The notes under the pieces were generated by a model. It had not been told where the DNA came from and did no database searches. It saw only the letters and a list, made by a program, of their open reading frames with translations. Below, piece by piece: positions 25,658 through 39,046 of a stretch of 64,000 bases of DNA (position 1 is the stretch's first letter; each line of letters starts with the position of its first letter). The position numbers were made by a program, and so were the translations under genes. The stretch is taken from contig NMRA01000194.1 of NCBI GenBank assembly GCA_002633005.1, positions 78,983 to 142,982 of the forward strand, written 5' to 3'. Origin of the DNA: Phoronis australis. Lineage: Eukaryota > Animalia > Phoronida.

Positions 25658-27029
25658 CTGAGAGCTAAGGTCTTTACGGGAAATTGCGACCTAATATCGA
25701 TGTGTGTGTTTTACTGAATCTTCTGCACGCAGCGTTCAACTCCGTCGCCGCCGGTCGTAACGTAACTAATCTGCTTTATGCACGACAGTCCTTACCTCAA
25801 CTAAGTTCTGCAAATCGGCACTATTTCCACCCTTATTTTCCAATGCTGTGAACAGCACGATGAAATGTGTCTATTACTATTTACAGTCCAGAAGCTAAGA
25901 CACGAAAATAGACCAAGAACATTAAGAGATTCATCGAAGCTAAAACGACACACTCCTGCACAACTGTTCAAGGAATGTTTCAACTTTTATGTTCTCGGTT
26001 GGATTGTTTCCAGGTTTCCGACAAACTTTTGAAATTATTGAATGCTTCAGTGCTTTAACTTGTATATTTCGCAAACTGAAAATTCTAATCAATTTAATAT
26101 GAAATAAAATTTTACTGCTTATTCAAAACTTTCACAGATGACTTGTAGCTTAACCGGCTTGAATACCGTACTTGGTATGCATATGATGTCATATAACAAC
26201 AAGCCCGAACACACGGCAACAAGGTTTTGCGGCGATGATGCAAATAAGTTCAGATATAAAAATGGGATAAGTAGGTTATCCTACATACATAAAAATACTG
26301 TTGCGATATCCTATATATAATTTATTTCATCTGGGAATATCCCAAATGAAATGAATTCTTGAAAGGATATGGCAATAGTATTCCTAAGTACGTGGGATAA
26401 TCTATATAGACACTTCCCAAATACATTTCTGAGGGCCTTACATTTTTGTGCTGGTTATGCAGTTTTCAAATTTTAGCGTATTTTATGCGACAATGTCGCA
26501 GGCGCCCCTTGTGCACAGCATGAACTCCGGCCAATGTGCACCTGTTTAGCAACAGATGTCGTGTACGCCGAGGCCGTGAAAGGGACTATAATAATAAAAC
26601 TAGAAAATGGGTTCCCTTAAATTTTGGGTACACCAGCGCCACCTGTCGTTGTTGTCGTTTCATATGTTGACCCTTTCTTCTCCCTCGGCAACATACGTTA
26701 CCCATTGCATTTTCTTGTCCACGCGAGAAGAGACACACGAACCGCGCTAGACACGTTTCGCATTAATAGTGTTTTGGATTACTTTCATAAGTTTTACTTT
26801 CATAAGTTTTATGTAAAGACTGAACATTCTTTAACTGGGTCAGTTATGTATATTTTAAACCAAACAGGCGGTTAATTAAGTGAAAAGTGTATTAATAAAA
26901 AAGTTCATCTCTAGCGCACTACAAGAATCCTCAAGGCATTCACTCACCCTTATCCGCAGAAGTTATAATTTCGTTAAATTCCAAAGGTACTGTACTGTAA
27001 TGAATGTCCAAAGGACCTGCATTAAAAGC

Positions 27030-27704
27030 TCAAAGATCCCTCGGTGACACCGTCTTCGAGCACCGTCCTTCGGGATAGAAATAGATGAATGCATGTTATC
27101 ACAACACAGCCGAAAACCTTTGTTCTGGGCTTAGAGGCAAGACTTTGAGGTACCTCTTCTTATAGACTATTATCGTTCGCGTTTCCCTGTCGTTGTAACC
27201 CTAATTGCAGCTAAAGTGAGATTTACTGTCGTCGGCCCCCACGCGATACGTTTTAGAGAAGTGTTATGCATTAGTCCCGTTCGAATTCAAGCTTCAGTAA
27301 ACCGGGCGCGCGCATGTCGTAGACCAGATTTTTGTCCGCCTATGTACGTGGACACCACAGACGTTTTTCCCTCTCGAAAGCTTCTCGCATGTGCGGTTTG
27401 ATCACGTTTTCGAGACAATTACTTGATATGGTCATGTACGTCGAGTGTGTGTCCATCTCGCAATATTCGAAATCGGCTATATCGGCAAACATTAGGATGA
27501 AGTCGTAGTAAAACTCTAACATGCGCATCTTCGCGAACGTAAAATTGGTCTTCCTTTTCACCTCCAATTCATGGGTTCCATCCCCGATGTAGTTGACGTG
27601 TCTAAATTCAGGGAACAGGACCTCGCGTTGACCCCTGGTCTCTCCGCAGTACTTGACGCCACTATTCTTTTCTTGATTGGTTGCCGTCTTTCCATACGCA
27701 CTAA
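27030..27704 (-). pseudogene. Polinton/Maverick-type protein-primed DNA polymerase B, C-terminal remnant
   Basis: SAYGKTATNQEK, AKMRMLEFYYDF...YCEMDTHS (degenerate DTDS motif C), GLLKLE, and terminal VLEDGVT followed by a stop at 27030-27032. Confidence 0.8.
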
Positions 27705-27962
27705 TAGTCCAGTCATTTTAGGGCTCCAGAGGGCCCAACCTAGAAAAAATTGCAATAGAAGGTTTTTTGCATAAAGGGCATCTTCAAACATCCGATGGTG
27801 CCAGAAAAAAGTCTACCGAAATCTGAGTGGCGGAAGTCGGTTTTTCAAGGTGGCGGAAAAATGGCCGCCAAAACCGGTGTTTACTGCTTCTGGCATGTTA
27901 CTCATATGTAACACCTGGAAATAAAACAATAAAGTTTGTCATTGATTTTATACTTTTCGTAA

Positions 27963-29079
27963 TACCTGTCACGGACAGGATCATTGGGGATATGCTGGTG
28001 CATTATTCCCCTCCCTAGACCATCCCCGTGACAGCAGAAGGCGCAGAACTCCAGGGCTGAAGTTGCCTGTAAGCATTTGATTTGACAGCACTCGGGCACG
28101 GCTTTTCTTGTAACTCTTCGCAGCATGGCCATAAATAATACCGGCTGCGAGCAGTCGGCTGCCATCATCGAACTTAGCCAGTTGGGATGCAGTCTGCTCG
28201 AGGTTGCGTTTGCGGGCCAGCAGCTTAACGTCAGCCGAATATAAGTAGAGGGGTTGGTTGGTGGTGCATGAGCCAGCGAGGTAATCTGCACGCTCATTAA
28301 TCAAGACACCGGCGTGGCCAGGTACGAAAGACCAGATCACTACATGATGAGAGTGGCGTGATCGGAAGACACCCCAGTTGGCTGGGAGGTTTCCAGATTG
28401 AACTTTCATCAACACTGCCATGGAATCGGTGGCAAAGATAATGGTGTGATTCTCCAAGTCTAGGAGACAGCTTTGTTAGGGCACGTTGTATAGCCTCAAA
28501 TTCCATCAGCGTACTGCTTGTGTATACATGGTGGCAGCCACTACCTTCCGCAAGGACGTTGTTAGGACAGCGTATTTGATAACCCCATCCCGCACGATTA
28601 GTTTCACCATCGAAGGATCCATCAGTTGCTACAATGATGGCATTAATACCGCCAAGATCACGCCATTGCTGACGGCACAATGCTTGGGCTACTCCAGGAG
28701 GCCATTCCCGAGCTTCCCTGTTGAAAGCAATGATGACATTCGGTTCCTCACCAAGTTCTTGTACTGGCAGCCAAGCAGCATCTTGTGCGATTATGTGTTC
28801 GCCGATGAGACCCATGGTTGCGTTAACAGCAGCGACAGTCCATGAGCACCTGCTAAGTCTTTGGTAGGAGGCATTGCGAAAAGGTCTAGGACGAAGTCCA
28901 TAAGTTTCTGTTGCAGGGACGGGGTTCACGCACCTGTCAACTGCAGTCTTCACTTGACTGTGTAACGGATGGAAGGGGCTTTGAACAGCCTTCGCTACAG
29001 TAATACCTTGTAGAAGAGATTGTGTCTGCAATGCTGGTAACACCGACAAGGTAACGTAATGCTGTGACTGACGTAGATC
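27963..29079 (-). mobile_element. Truncated RNase H-bearing non-LTR retrotransposon (I/Ingi-like group) inserted in the Academ
   Basis: RNase H motifs ATDGS...GWG, E.EAI..AL, IFATDS, VPGHAGVLINERAD. Flanked by the 14-bp direct repeat TATACTTTTCGTAA (27949-27962, 29080-29093). Confidence 0.8.
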
Positions 29080-29858
29080 TATACTTTTCGTAACAGGCAT
29101 GCCAATCAAAAGATGCCAATTTTCCGCGAAAGTAAACCAATACGGTCGACAAAATGGCGGCCGAAACGGCAATTTGGTACATGTTGTAAGATTTCTTTTT
29201 ATATTTTGCTCTGAAATTGGTTACTGGTTGGAGAGAAAAAAATCAAGATGGCTGACAAAATGGCTGCCAAAATGACCGCCAATTCACAAAACCCCACTTT
29301 ACCGCATTTACGTTCTGCAAACTTTGTTTGTAACCTGATAGGCATTTACACAAAAACATTTTACAATCTACAGTCAGGGTTAATGAGTTGATTGTTTCTA
29401 TGATTTGTTTTTAAGATTAAGATACTAAATGTGGAATTTTGATCACATTTTAGATTACATAATATAAAAGTTGGTGTGTTTTTCAGAAAAGGCTTTATTT
29501 AAAGTTTCATGATAAATTTCACACACTCAATTATTTTTCTGTAAAATATATTCATTTGAGATATCAAAAATAATATTTGTTAGAAAAATATGAAATTCTA
29601 GTGGAGTTATTGGCTTATTCATTACACGAACCCTGAATAACATTGGGCAGGAAGTGGCTTGGTCTGCTATTGGAGATATTATTAGATGTTACCAAGCTAT
29701 GATTTCGTCTGCTGCTGGCATGTGTTGAGAATTTGGCTGCTGATTTCACCTGAATTTGATGAAAAGCAAATAAAATTGTGTAACAAAAAGTTAATAATTA
29801 AATTTTAACATTTAGTACTCACAATTTGAACATAGGTAACTGATTTTAGAGGAAATTA

Positions 29859-32790
29859 GTGCCAGCAGACAAAACGATAGTGGTCTGCAGTCATTTGTTT
29901 GTAGCCAGATTTGGCAGATTTCATACTGAGATGAGCTTTCTGGGATGTATTGCATACGTAATGTCAGGCACAGGGCTTCAAGATGTTCTTGAGACGGTGC
30001 ATGAATCAAACATTATGATCCTTATGTTGCATGGAAAAAGTTTGGATAGAACAGCGAGGGGGCATATGTTGGTAGGCTCAGCACTGAATGCTATCATAAA
30101 AGCCAGAGCATTCATCATCGCACTTTCAAATATTGACAGATCAAGTAACGCCAATACAGAACCAAGGAAGAAAGAAGTTCCGGCTCTTCAGAGATTCCCG
30201 GAGTCCCGAATGTCACCAACGCAGTACACACAGATTTCGCGCCAAGAGGTGGAGCAATTCAATGCTTGTACACAAATGTTCGCTCGTCAGAATATGGAGA
30301 CAGACACTTCAGACATCCCAACTGATCACATAAGTAGATGTATACGCTGGGGCATGCAATCCACAGCCAGTGTCTTTCGATTCTGAAACCTGGATTACAA
30401 TGGAATACCCTCGTGAGATTTCACTTCTGGCTTCCGACCTACTGCCACTGGTATATTCAAACACGACTGAATCAGAGTATAGGTCTTCAGAATTCGCAGT
30501 CACAGAGAATAGTTCATCAGAAGAATAAGTGGCCAATGGTATACTTGATGATGATTTGAGAGGTGGTCTGAAGCTGTATGATGACCTCATTCCTGGCATG
30601 ACGTCTATGTGCGGCGATATATGCTCGTCGGTGTGTCTTGTAGGTAGCACATAAATTAGACTTGTCCTTGTAAAATTGAATCATTAGTCTTTGGCTATAT
30701 TATATGAAGATAGTTGACATCCTTCGACTTTTTTAAAAGCAGAAATAACGTCAGATTCTTCACCTAAAAGCAGTTTCTGAGATGCTGCCTTACTTTGCAG
30801 CTGCTGGTCACAACTCATATGCAAAATCTGCATACATATACTTGCAGCAGATGCAGCAACTCGAAGACACCCATCCAGACGTCTACAGCACCTTTGTTAA
30901 CGGCCACCATGCCATAAGACCAAGTGACAGATTCTGGGCAGGCTTGTCATCTGACCTTGTAATTGAACAAACGTTCATGAAAACCATTAAATCAACAGGA
31001 GGTTTAACTGGAGGTCGCGGAATGGGAGATATGCAGCGTACACAGTGGCTGCTTTCTTTGCCAGCGTGCTCAAGTATAAATGGCGCCATGCAGAGTATGA
31101 CAAACTTGAGCTGCGAAACAAGTGAGCAACGTAAAGAGTGTACCCAGGCAAGACAATCGCGGGATGACAAAGACATCCTCAGCCTTGTTGAATTCCTCCA
31201 CAAAAGGAACCAATTTGAAAGGGAAACATTGCAGAACATAGCCACTGGTGTGACTGCAGGTACACTCACCAATGCCGAAAATGGCATAGAAGTGGGGAAG
31301 GCAATTGTCTTGTCTATGGAGGGGTCGAGTGTGAAAGATTTCACATTCAAAAAGAAAGACAAGGTTGTGGCAATGACAAGTCCATCAGTTCATGTTGCCA
31401 ATACTGATTTTACACTAGTGGGTCCACAACTACAATTTCAGCGATTACTGACAGCTGCAAAAACCAACAGTGAAAGTTTATCAAGCCTCTTGAAGTTTGA
31501 GCTATGTGTTGGTTCCCCCGCTCTTTTTGATAGATCTGGTCTTCCTAGAGCCGCTAATAAATCAATATTAGCTGATGCACTCTGGTCCAGTGGGGGACTA
31601 CCTGAGGATTACCAATTTCCAGAAAACACGGGGATGCATGTAATCAACGGAGGTTCTCTACTGTATCGTATTCCATGGCCTAGAAGTGCAACGTTTCAGT
31701 TAGTTGGTTGAGCTTATGTGGATTACGTCAGCAAGTACACTCACCCTACTGTTGTTTTGATGGTTATGGAGGTGGCCCATCAACTAAAGATGTCTCCCAT
31801 GGTCGAAGACTAGGTGGGGTAGTTGGAACTGAAGTTCACTTAAATGGTGACATATTGATCAAGTCAAAGAAGGAGTATTTTTGGCAAACAGCAAAAACAA
31901 CCAAAGGTTCATTCACTTCTTGTCGAGTTTGCAACGAAATGCTAGTTGCACAGTGGTACAAGCTCAAGGTGATGGAGACGTTTTAATTGTAGAGACAGCA
32001 GTAGAGAATGCAGCACAAGGTCTTACTACCCTCATTACAGATGATACAGACTGGTTGGTTCTTTTGTGTTACCATGCTACTTCACAACTGTTTCCAATGT
32101 TCATGGAATCTGACAAGAGGCACCAAAGCAAGAGAGTCTGGGACATCAAGAAACTACAGTTGTCTCTTGGTGCAGAAACGTGCGCGCTTTTGCCATTTGC
32201 ACATGCAATAGGTGGTTGCGACACAACGTCACGGCTGTTTGGTATTGGCAAGGCTCTGTCATTCAAGAAACCGCGTGATCGAGAATTCTGCGAAAACGTT
32301 AGAGTATTCACTAGACCCATGCAGCTGAAGCAAGACATATTTGAAGCTGGTAAAAGAGTTGTGTCTATGCTTTATGGCGGAACTGGCTATGGAAATTTGG
32401 ATGAATTGCAATACAGGGAATTTGTGGAAAAGGTGTCATCAAGCATAGCCCCAGTACAAATACAGTCATTACCACCAACTGCTTCACCAGCTAAATTCCA
32501 TGCTGCCAGGACATATTATCAAGTGCAAGAGTGGTCAAGTTTTCGTGGCAGTGGCCTCGACCCGCTGGATTGGGGATGAGTGCTTCCAGGTGGAAAACTC
32601 ATTCCCATGACCACGGACCAGCAAGCAGCACCAGAGAACCTTCTGAAAGTAGTAATTAAGGTGCTCGTGCAAGACGGACTGCAGTTCCAAGAGATGTACT
32701 TTCAAGAAGTTAGGACTGCCATGTTCGATTGCATGTGGATAATGCCATGACATAAGCTGTAGCAATTCATTCTCAGTTGACAGAGACTAG
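29859..32790 (+). pseudogene. Academ transposase pseudogene (DDE region, XPG/FEN-like nuclease and Cys-rich tail); N-terminus missing
   Basis: Motifs RFGRFH..MSFLG.I..VM.GTGL, MLPYFAAAGH..YAKS, DLVIEQTFMK..K..GGLT, FDGY..GPSTKD, GDGDVLIV, DDTD.LVLL, HAIGGCDTTS..FGIGK, LPPT, LDPLDWG and a decayed CXC-type tail. Frameshifts and stops are present. Confidence 0.85.
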
Positions 32791-33689
32791 TTGTGTAAAT
32801 ACTGCTTGATTTTGTATAGATTTTGATCACGGTCTGAGAATTACTGCTTCGGACAGACTTAGTAACATCACTAAAAAGAAACCTAGTGGGAGCGGTACAA
32901 GCACTATATTAACTGTATAATTTGCTAATATACCTTGCTAAACCTGTCTCTTCTCTGAAATGTTGCTGTATTCACAAACATTTACAACTAACTGGAGGTG
33001 TCACAGACGGTCAACTGGTGTAGATATGAGATCACAATTAATCGCAGAGAATTATTTTCGATACAGCACATTTTTCAGGAGGAAAATGACCCTTCAGTCC
33101 AGACGAACCTGATTTTTTGTACCCAAATAAGTTATTATTCGTTTAACAATCTTGTTGAAAATTGTAGTCATGATCATCAGAGCCTGACAAAAATTAATTT
33201 TAATGGACATGCTGACCTCAAAAACTAAGGATATAAAATCTGTGGAGGTGGCGTGTCTCTGGCATCTGAAGTTCTTAAACGAAGCAACTATTTGGTGTTC
33301 ATCTTAAAAAATGGCAGAAGTAATCAGTAGAGCCAAACGCAATGAGTCTCAGTGGATTAGTCGACCCAGAAAACCCATACTGCAATCTTTAAATCAAGAC
33401 GACACTAATCTGTTCGTGCGAAGTTGTGCGACTCAAGTAGATTTGGCGGCCATCTTGGAAAATGGAGGCGGTGTCACCACATCCATGCAAAACCATTTCC
33501 AATGGATATGTTGACCCACAAAACATAGGTGAACCTTTTTTGAATTGTTACTCTATCACATTCAACTCTTCCGCCACTCCGATTCCGGTAGACTTTTTTC
33601 TCCTACTAAGGGGTGTGAAAGGATACAATTTATGCAATAAAACCTACTGTTGCAATATTTTCCGGGTTATCCGTAGAATGACCGGACTA

Positions 33690-33925
33690 TAACGCCTATA
33701 AGCTTCATCGTCTTGCTTTTGTCTGTGTAGGGCATCGCTGACTTCCTAATCAAAACTTTCGAAACATTTTACGGGAGTGAAGTCCACGACTTGATAGGTG
33801 TTTGTTATCTAGCTCCCGGTTGCGTTCCAAGCACCATATCAGAAGCGGTGTTGCCAACGGAATTTTTTCACCAAAGAAACTTCCCACGAAAGATCGTCGC
33901 GGCTGGCGCATCATTTTGTTCTTCT
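33690..33925 (-). pseudogene. Upstream part of the same Polinton-type DNA polymerase B remnant
   Basis: QPRRSFVGSFFGEKIPLATPLL and TMKLIG, which joins in frame to SAYGKT at 27704 once the Academ and one TAA are removed. Confidence 0.75.
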
Positions 33926-36182
33926 CCCTGCAATCACTCCCTTCCTCTCTCCCTCCCCCCCCCTNNNNNNNNNNNNNNNNNCCCCCCCTTCCTCTCCGTA
34001 TCTCTCTCAAATGTCGCGTAGTTTCTTATAGTTACTGAGTTCAACACATCAGCTAAGGAAGTACAAGTTCAGTCTCTTCACGTGATAGCAAATTTATCGC
34101 TTTTATTTGAGTTTTTATCTCTTGCGTGATGCCTTGCGTTTCATTAAAACATACTATGTGTATTTGGATAGAAAAGAGTACCAAAACGCTGCAATATTCA
34201 TTTGGGTTCTTGATTCCTACATGGAGGTAACAAGCGATACTTTTTTCATCCTCGGTCGGGGCCATAGTTGAACACACATTTTTCCATGAGTAAATGTTTG
34301 GTGTTTCACAGACTACACACCTATTGTTATGTTCAATGGTAAAAGTATAATTAAACATGTCTACACATTTTGCGAAGTTCACGGGATCACACGTACAGAC
34401 ATGCGCCATGCGTGCGCATGAACACGCCGGTCACTAAACATTTATTGTGAATCTCTATATTGCTGAAAACATTAGTCATGACATGGTACATGTAGCATGA
34501 AAGTATGAGTCAGTTCTTGCGTTTAATTACGAAAATGCGTAGCCGAATTTAGCCCGGTGGTTGGCCAGACTTGCCCCAACATGGGCATGCTCAGCCTTTT
34601 GGACACGACCATTTCGAGTGCAAATTTTACTTTTGCAGTTGGGGTGAAATCATCAACTGCATATCCAAATGATTTTTTGTATGTGGTCAAATTATTTCCA
34701 ATAGTGAATCTGTTAGACTTTGTTATAATTCCATTATTTTAAAATTGAGGTCGAACAAGCCCAGGCCTCTCCTACAGCTAATGCGGTAGGTTACATAAAT
34801 TAATTAATAAAAGCAAACACTTATGATTTGTATGTGAAAACCAGTAACACAATTTTGAAAACCAAAAAGGTCGTCATGGCAACTAATGCAAATGACCCTG
34901 TTAACGGCCTTCTTAACAACATAAAAGATGATGAAAGCACACGCAATAAAATTAATTTTAAGAAACGTTAATATTTTGGCGTGATAAAAGGCATGCCCTA
35001 ATTATCAGTACCACCAGGAACTCATCACCATTAGGGTAAAAACTTCCTGGTGTCTCTTAAATAATTTCAAAAATTCAATGAAGGGTTGCCATGACTTCGT
35101 AATATAAGCATTTTTATTAGAAACATTCAAGGCAAGGCCAGAGGCATTACTAAAGAGTGTTCACAGTCTTTTGTGGCAGCACCGCGTGGTTCTTTGGATT
35201 GCTTTTTGTATCAATGTTTGCATCCTCGCAAAGATATGTTTATTATATTTCATGAACGAAATTCACCATTTGCTCGTTTTTGTTACAATTACAAATGACA
35301 TCTTCTGCAAAAAGTGTTTCTGCACCAGCTTTCTTATCTTTGTACTCGAACTTATTTTTGACGTTTTCCGTTCAGCTTTTGTACGAACTCAAGATAAATG
35401 TTGATCATTTTCTTTTAATAGTTTAATAGTTTATTAGATAAAAAGTGATTACAAGACAATTTCGCACAGACATTTATCATTAGTTGTTACTAGTACATCT
35501 AGAGCTGACTGAGACACATCCATTCTTTTTACACAAACTCGAGGTGTTTATTTTCTTTAGCTCAAGTGCACTATCGTTTACGTGGATGATAATTGTCTAA
35601 TCCTAGTTTCCCCTTGAACCTAACATCAAAGCTATAATGTCGAGTCTGAACTCGAATTTAGAGCTTAATTACTCGAAATCTCAAGTTCTTACACGACTTT
35701 TTATCTCGACTTTACGGGTCCTCAAGTGCAAACGTGTACAAGTTACTCGTCTGTAAGTATGTATACTAAATTTAGAATACAGCGCTTGAGTTGGCAGAAG
35801 AACGGAATGGGAAGTGTGAGTTCCCGTTTAAACATTCAGACAGACCTCGGGGTCTGCTTGTGTTTTGTTGCAAGTCTAGTTAAGCTCGACGTAGGATCAG
35901 TCTTCTCTGCATGTTCCTTTCAAAATACCAAGAAATAGTTCTACGTGTAGAGCATATGCTCAAATGGCTTGAGAAAAGTGTGTCGTCATATAATCAGACA
36001 TGGAAAGACTTTTTCCACATTCCCAAAAATACCCATGATGCATGAGCGCACCCAGGGAGGGCTTGAGAAGTTCGAACGAGCCCCCATTTGGCGAAGAGGG
36101 CAAAAAAGTCCGCCCCAGAGAGACATAAAGCCCGAGAAGACGAGACAAATGTCCACTCAAGTCCGTTAAAAGGCACAAACGC

Positions 36183-36300
36183 ACAATTCACAGCATGAAC
36201 GTGGTACCCCGTTTTTTAATCCCCCCGTTTTCTTTGTTAGTAAAAGGTCCACGTCGCCAGAAATTTGAGCCCCCATATTTAAGGCTGGGTGCGCGCATGT
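36183..36300. repeat. Dispersed repeat, direct copy at about 51653-51750
   Basis: Shared AATTCACAGC...GTACCCCG...TTAGTAAA.GGTCCAC...CCCCCATATTTA.GGCTGG.TGCGCGCATG. Confidence 0.65.
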
Positions 36301-37659
36301 AATGCCTATTACTATTGTTTCCAAATCATGCCTATTGTCTTTGCTGTGAAACATTACCTTTTTAATTTCTAATTTATTTCAGAATACGCAAATCAATAAT
36401 TACAGAAGACGTATGTTCGGCCACGTAATGTGGCCAACAGGTAGCGTGCAGACCAGATTTAAAAATGTTTGCGATGAATAACATGCTGAAACATTATCAT
36501 GAAGGTAATACTGTTTTGGTCCACTTCAACCAGTTTTCAAGTGCTAGTAAAATGGAATTATTTAAGTTGCCAGCACTCCAAGCACTGTGATTTAATGTTG
36601 AAGTCTTTACCCACAAAATAACCACAGTTTGTTTCCAGAAGATAGCAGACTCAGTTACTGATTGTAACAACAAAAGATTCTGAAGTGTAATCAGTTTTTG
36701 AGGTGTGGTAATCAGCGCAGGATGATTGATGACATCGAGAATAGTGGAGAGAAAAGTTGAACGGGTCTGTGGATTCGTAACGCATAACACCAGAAATATC
36801 TGACATAGGCAGTGCGCATGCCCAACAAGAAGCTTACTATTCCGCCACAGAAATACCCACAAGGAGGGGTTTTCCAAGGAAATTTGATTTAGGGGAGACA
36901 ACTCTACAATTTGCCTATAGCTAGCGAGAAGAAGATAGACTTGTTAATGCATCATGTTGAATATTGGAGAGATTGGTGAAGATTTTTTGGTGACCTTTAA
37001 AGTTTGAGATTTGCCCATGTTGATGGTACACAGCCAATCGCCTGGAAGGCAATATTTGAGCGCAAATCCATTTTCAAATCAATTGAGTGGAGAGTATAAC
37101 TCAGGTCCCTTGTTTGCCGATAGCGGTCACGAACAGTGTGACCAAGATATCACAAATGCAGTTTTTTCGAGGGAATTTTCTAAAAAAAAAACGGTGTCCA
37201 GTGGGGTGTTGAAAACGGGCAGACGCCAGAAATGTGAAAAAGCAGTCATTTATTGTTTCGTGCTCTGTAATACGATTTGCAAGCTCTAATGAGGAAGATT
37301 TAGCTCGGCATGTAAATGTTCATAACCACTTCTTTGGCAACAAGCAGTTGGTCATGTATTTTGCTAAAAAACTGAATTCCCAAATTGTTGCACAGAGAGC
37401 ACTCCATGAGACGCAGCTAGGTTAAGGTTGTCCTAGTTTTTGAACCCTAAATTGCTGTTGTTTTTTTTAATTTATGCTGTATTTGAAGATACAACATTTA
37501 TTAGAAAATAGAACTCATACCTATAGACGGATCCGTAACATATGTCGAGATTATGGGGACACGACCCCAATTTTCAAAGGACAAACCTTAATGATAGCCT
37601 TGCGAGGCGGATTACGTTAATTTTCGAAGGACAAACCCTCGTGAGAGCCCTGAAAACGA

Positions 37660-37800
37660 CATGTAGGTGCCGATTTTTATCGTGTGCGGAAGCCGGGGAG
37701 CCCTGGGCCCCCTCGGACCCCCCTCCCCCTAAATCCACCACCTATGCAGCATGCCGTTTCATAGGCGTTTCCAGGGGGGTCAAAGGGGTCCGGAATCCCT
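37660..37800. mobile_element. Two adjacent hAT-like MITE termini
   Basis: A GC-rich end ...CCCCTAAATCCACCACCTATG (37746) is followed by CATAGGCGTTTCCAGGGGGGTC (37760); both resemble hAT non-autonomous termini. Confidence 0.45.
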
Positions 37801-39000
37801 TTTTCCTTTGATTTTAGTGATATCACATGGGCACACTTCCTCCGAACTGTTTCTTCCACATTTACCGTCTGCTTTGTGGATGCTTGATGAGTTTACAATT
37901 TTTCACTCGACTTTGCACACGGCGACCTGCGCGGCCAAGGCCGATTTGTGGACAACGTCTGCTACACACCTGAAACCAGATTTCATTAATTCAATGTCAA
38001 TTTCTGCTTCCTCAACGATTATATCTCCTAAACACATTGCCGTGCTTGCAAAAGCGTCTTTGTTGCGCTGGGGTTTCCACATGACAGAGTTTACTTTCTT
38101 TGCCGTTCTCAGCATAATTTTCCAATTGAAGTCTATAAACCATGATATCTCAAATGACTCTGTGAGCCATTGACAAGTCCATTTTGAAAACTTGTAAAGC
38201 AAATACGTTACGAATAGTTCGACGTCACCAACACGTCAAATGCCAACATGATTTGAACTCATATAAGCCCCTGCACATCCAAAGCGTACACTTACTGGGA
38301 ATTACCAAAAGTATAGGCCCTCCAAAAGTAAGAACGCCTATCGGCGTATTTTCGGAAAAATTTCATTAAGTACACCCATGTAAGTATTTTCGGTAGCTGC
38401 TAGCATATTTTGAAAATCAGATGGATTGTTCTAAAATGTGTATGCCATATTTTAATGTAAAATTTTGTTTGTTTTTGCGAGACATTATAATTTGAGATCG
38501 CGATTTCATTCAAATGATTATCATTTCAGGAGATATTCGGTGATTTTGTTAGTAAATAACAGTATGAAGGACATTTTTAACACTGTGCTTATTGAATACG
38601 AAATAATCATGGACCAATAAAATACATGCTAGCCTGTGAGATACACTATAACGTGCGTTTTTATTTAAAAATCGGAGTATGTCAGCAGCAAATTTTCCTT
38701 GAGACAAGATGAAGTTTTTTATGTGTGCGCACGTGCGCGCGCCTGTGTGTGTGTGTGTGCGTGTGCGTGTGTGATCGAGTCCTTGTCTATATGATGTCTT
38801 CGTGATTACCTTTATGGATTTTCCCTGAAGATGTCTCATGAGAGACGAAGTACCCGACAATTGCACTGTGTATTTTCTCGTAAAATGATTTGAATATGAA
38901 ATCTGTAATATTGACTTTTTGTGCTTTCCTCACTGTCATGAGCCTAGGAAATTTTTTACATCAACCGACGCCTAGGCGAGATCATCCTACCGCCAATCTA

Positions 39001-39046
39001 TTAAGGCCATTAAAAAGAAATGGAACGTCGTGTTCAACAAAACTTT
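39001..39046. repeat. Short dispersed repeat beginning with TTAA, direct copy at 42597-42642
   Basis: TTAAGGCCATTAAAAASAAATGGAACGTCGTGTTCAACWAAACTT is present twice with 2 mismatches; probably a TE terminus. Confidence 0.7.

Larger units (their letters stand above)
27705..33689 (+). mobile_element. Academ (AcademX-type) DNA transposon, decayed
   Basis: Termini TAGTCCAGTCATT and AATGACCGGACTA. Imperfect TIRs over 100 bp include GAAAAAAGTCTACCGRAATCKGAGTGGCGGAAG. A 3-bp TAA TSD sits at 27702-27704 and 33690-33692. Confidence 0.9.

Noticed and set aside
36490-38200. ORFs of 90-140 aa (36497-36901, 37751-38173, 37903-38202)
   Set aside because: No recognisable domain; probably TE debris or chance ORFs.
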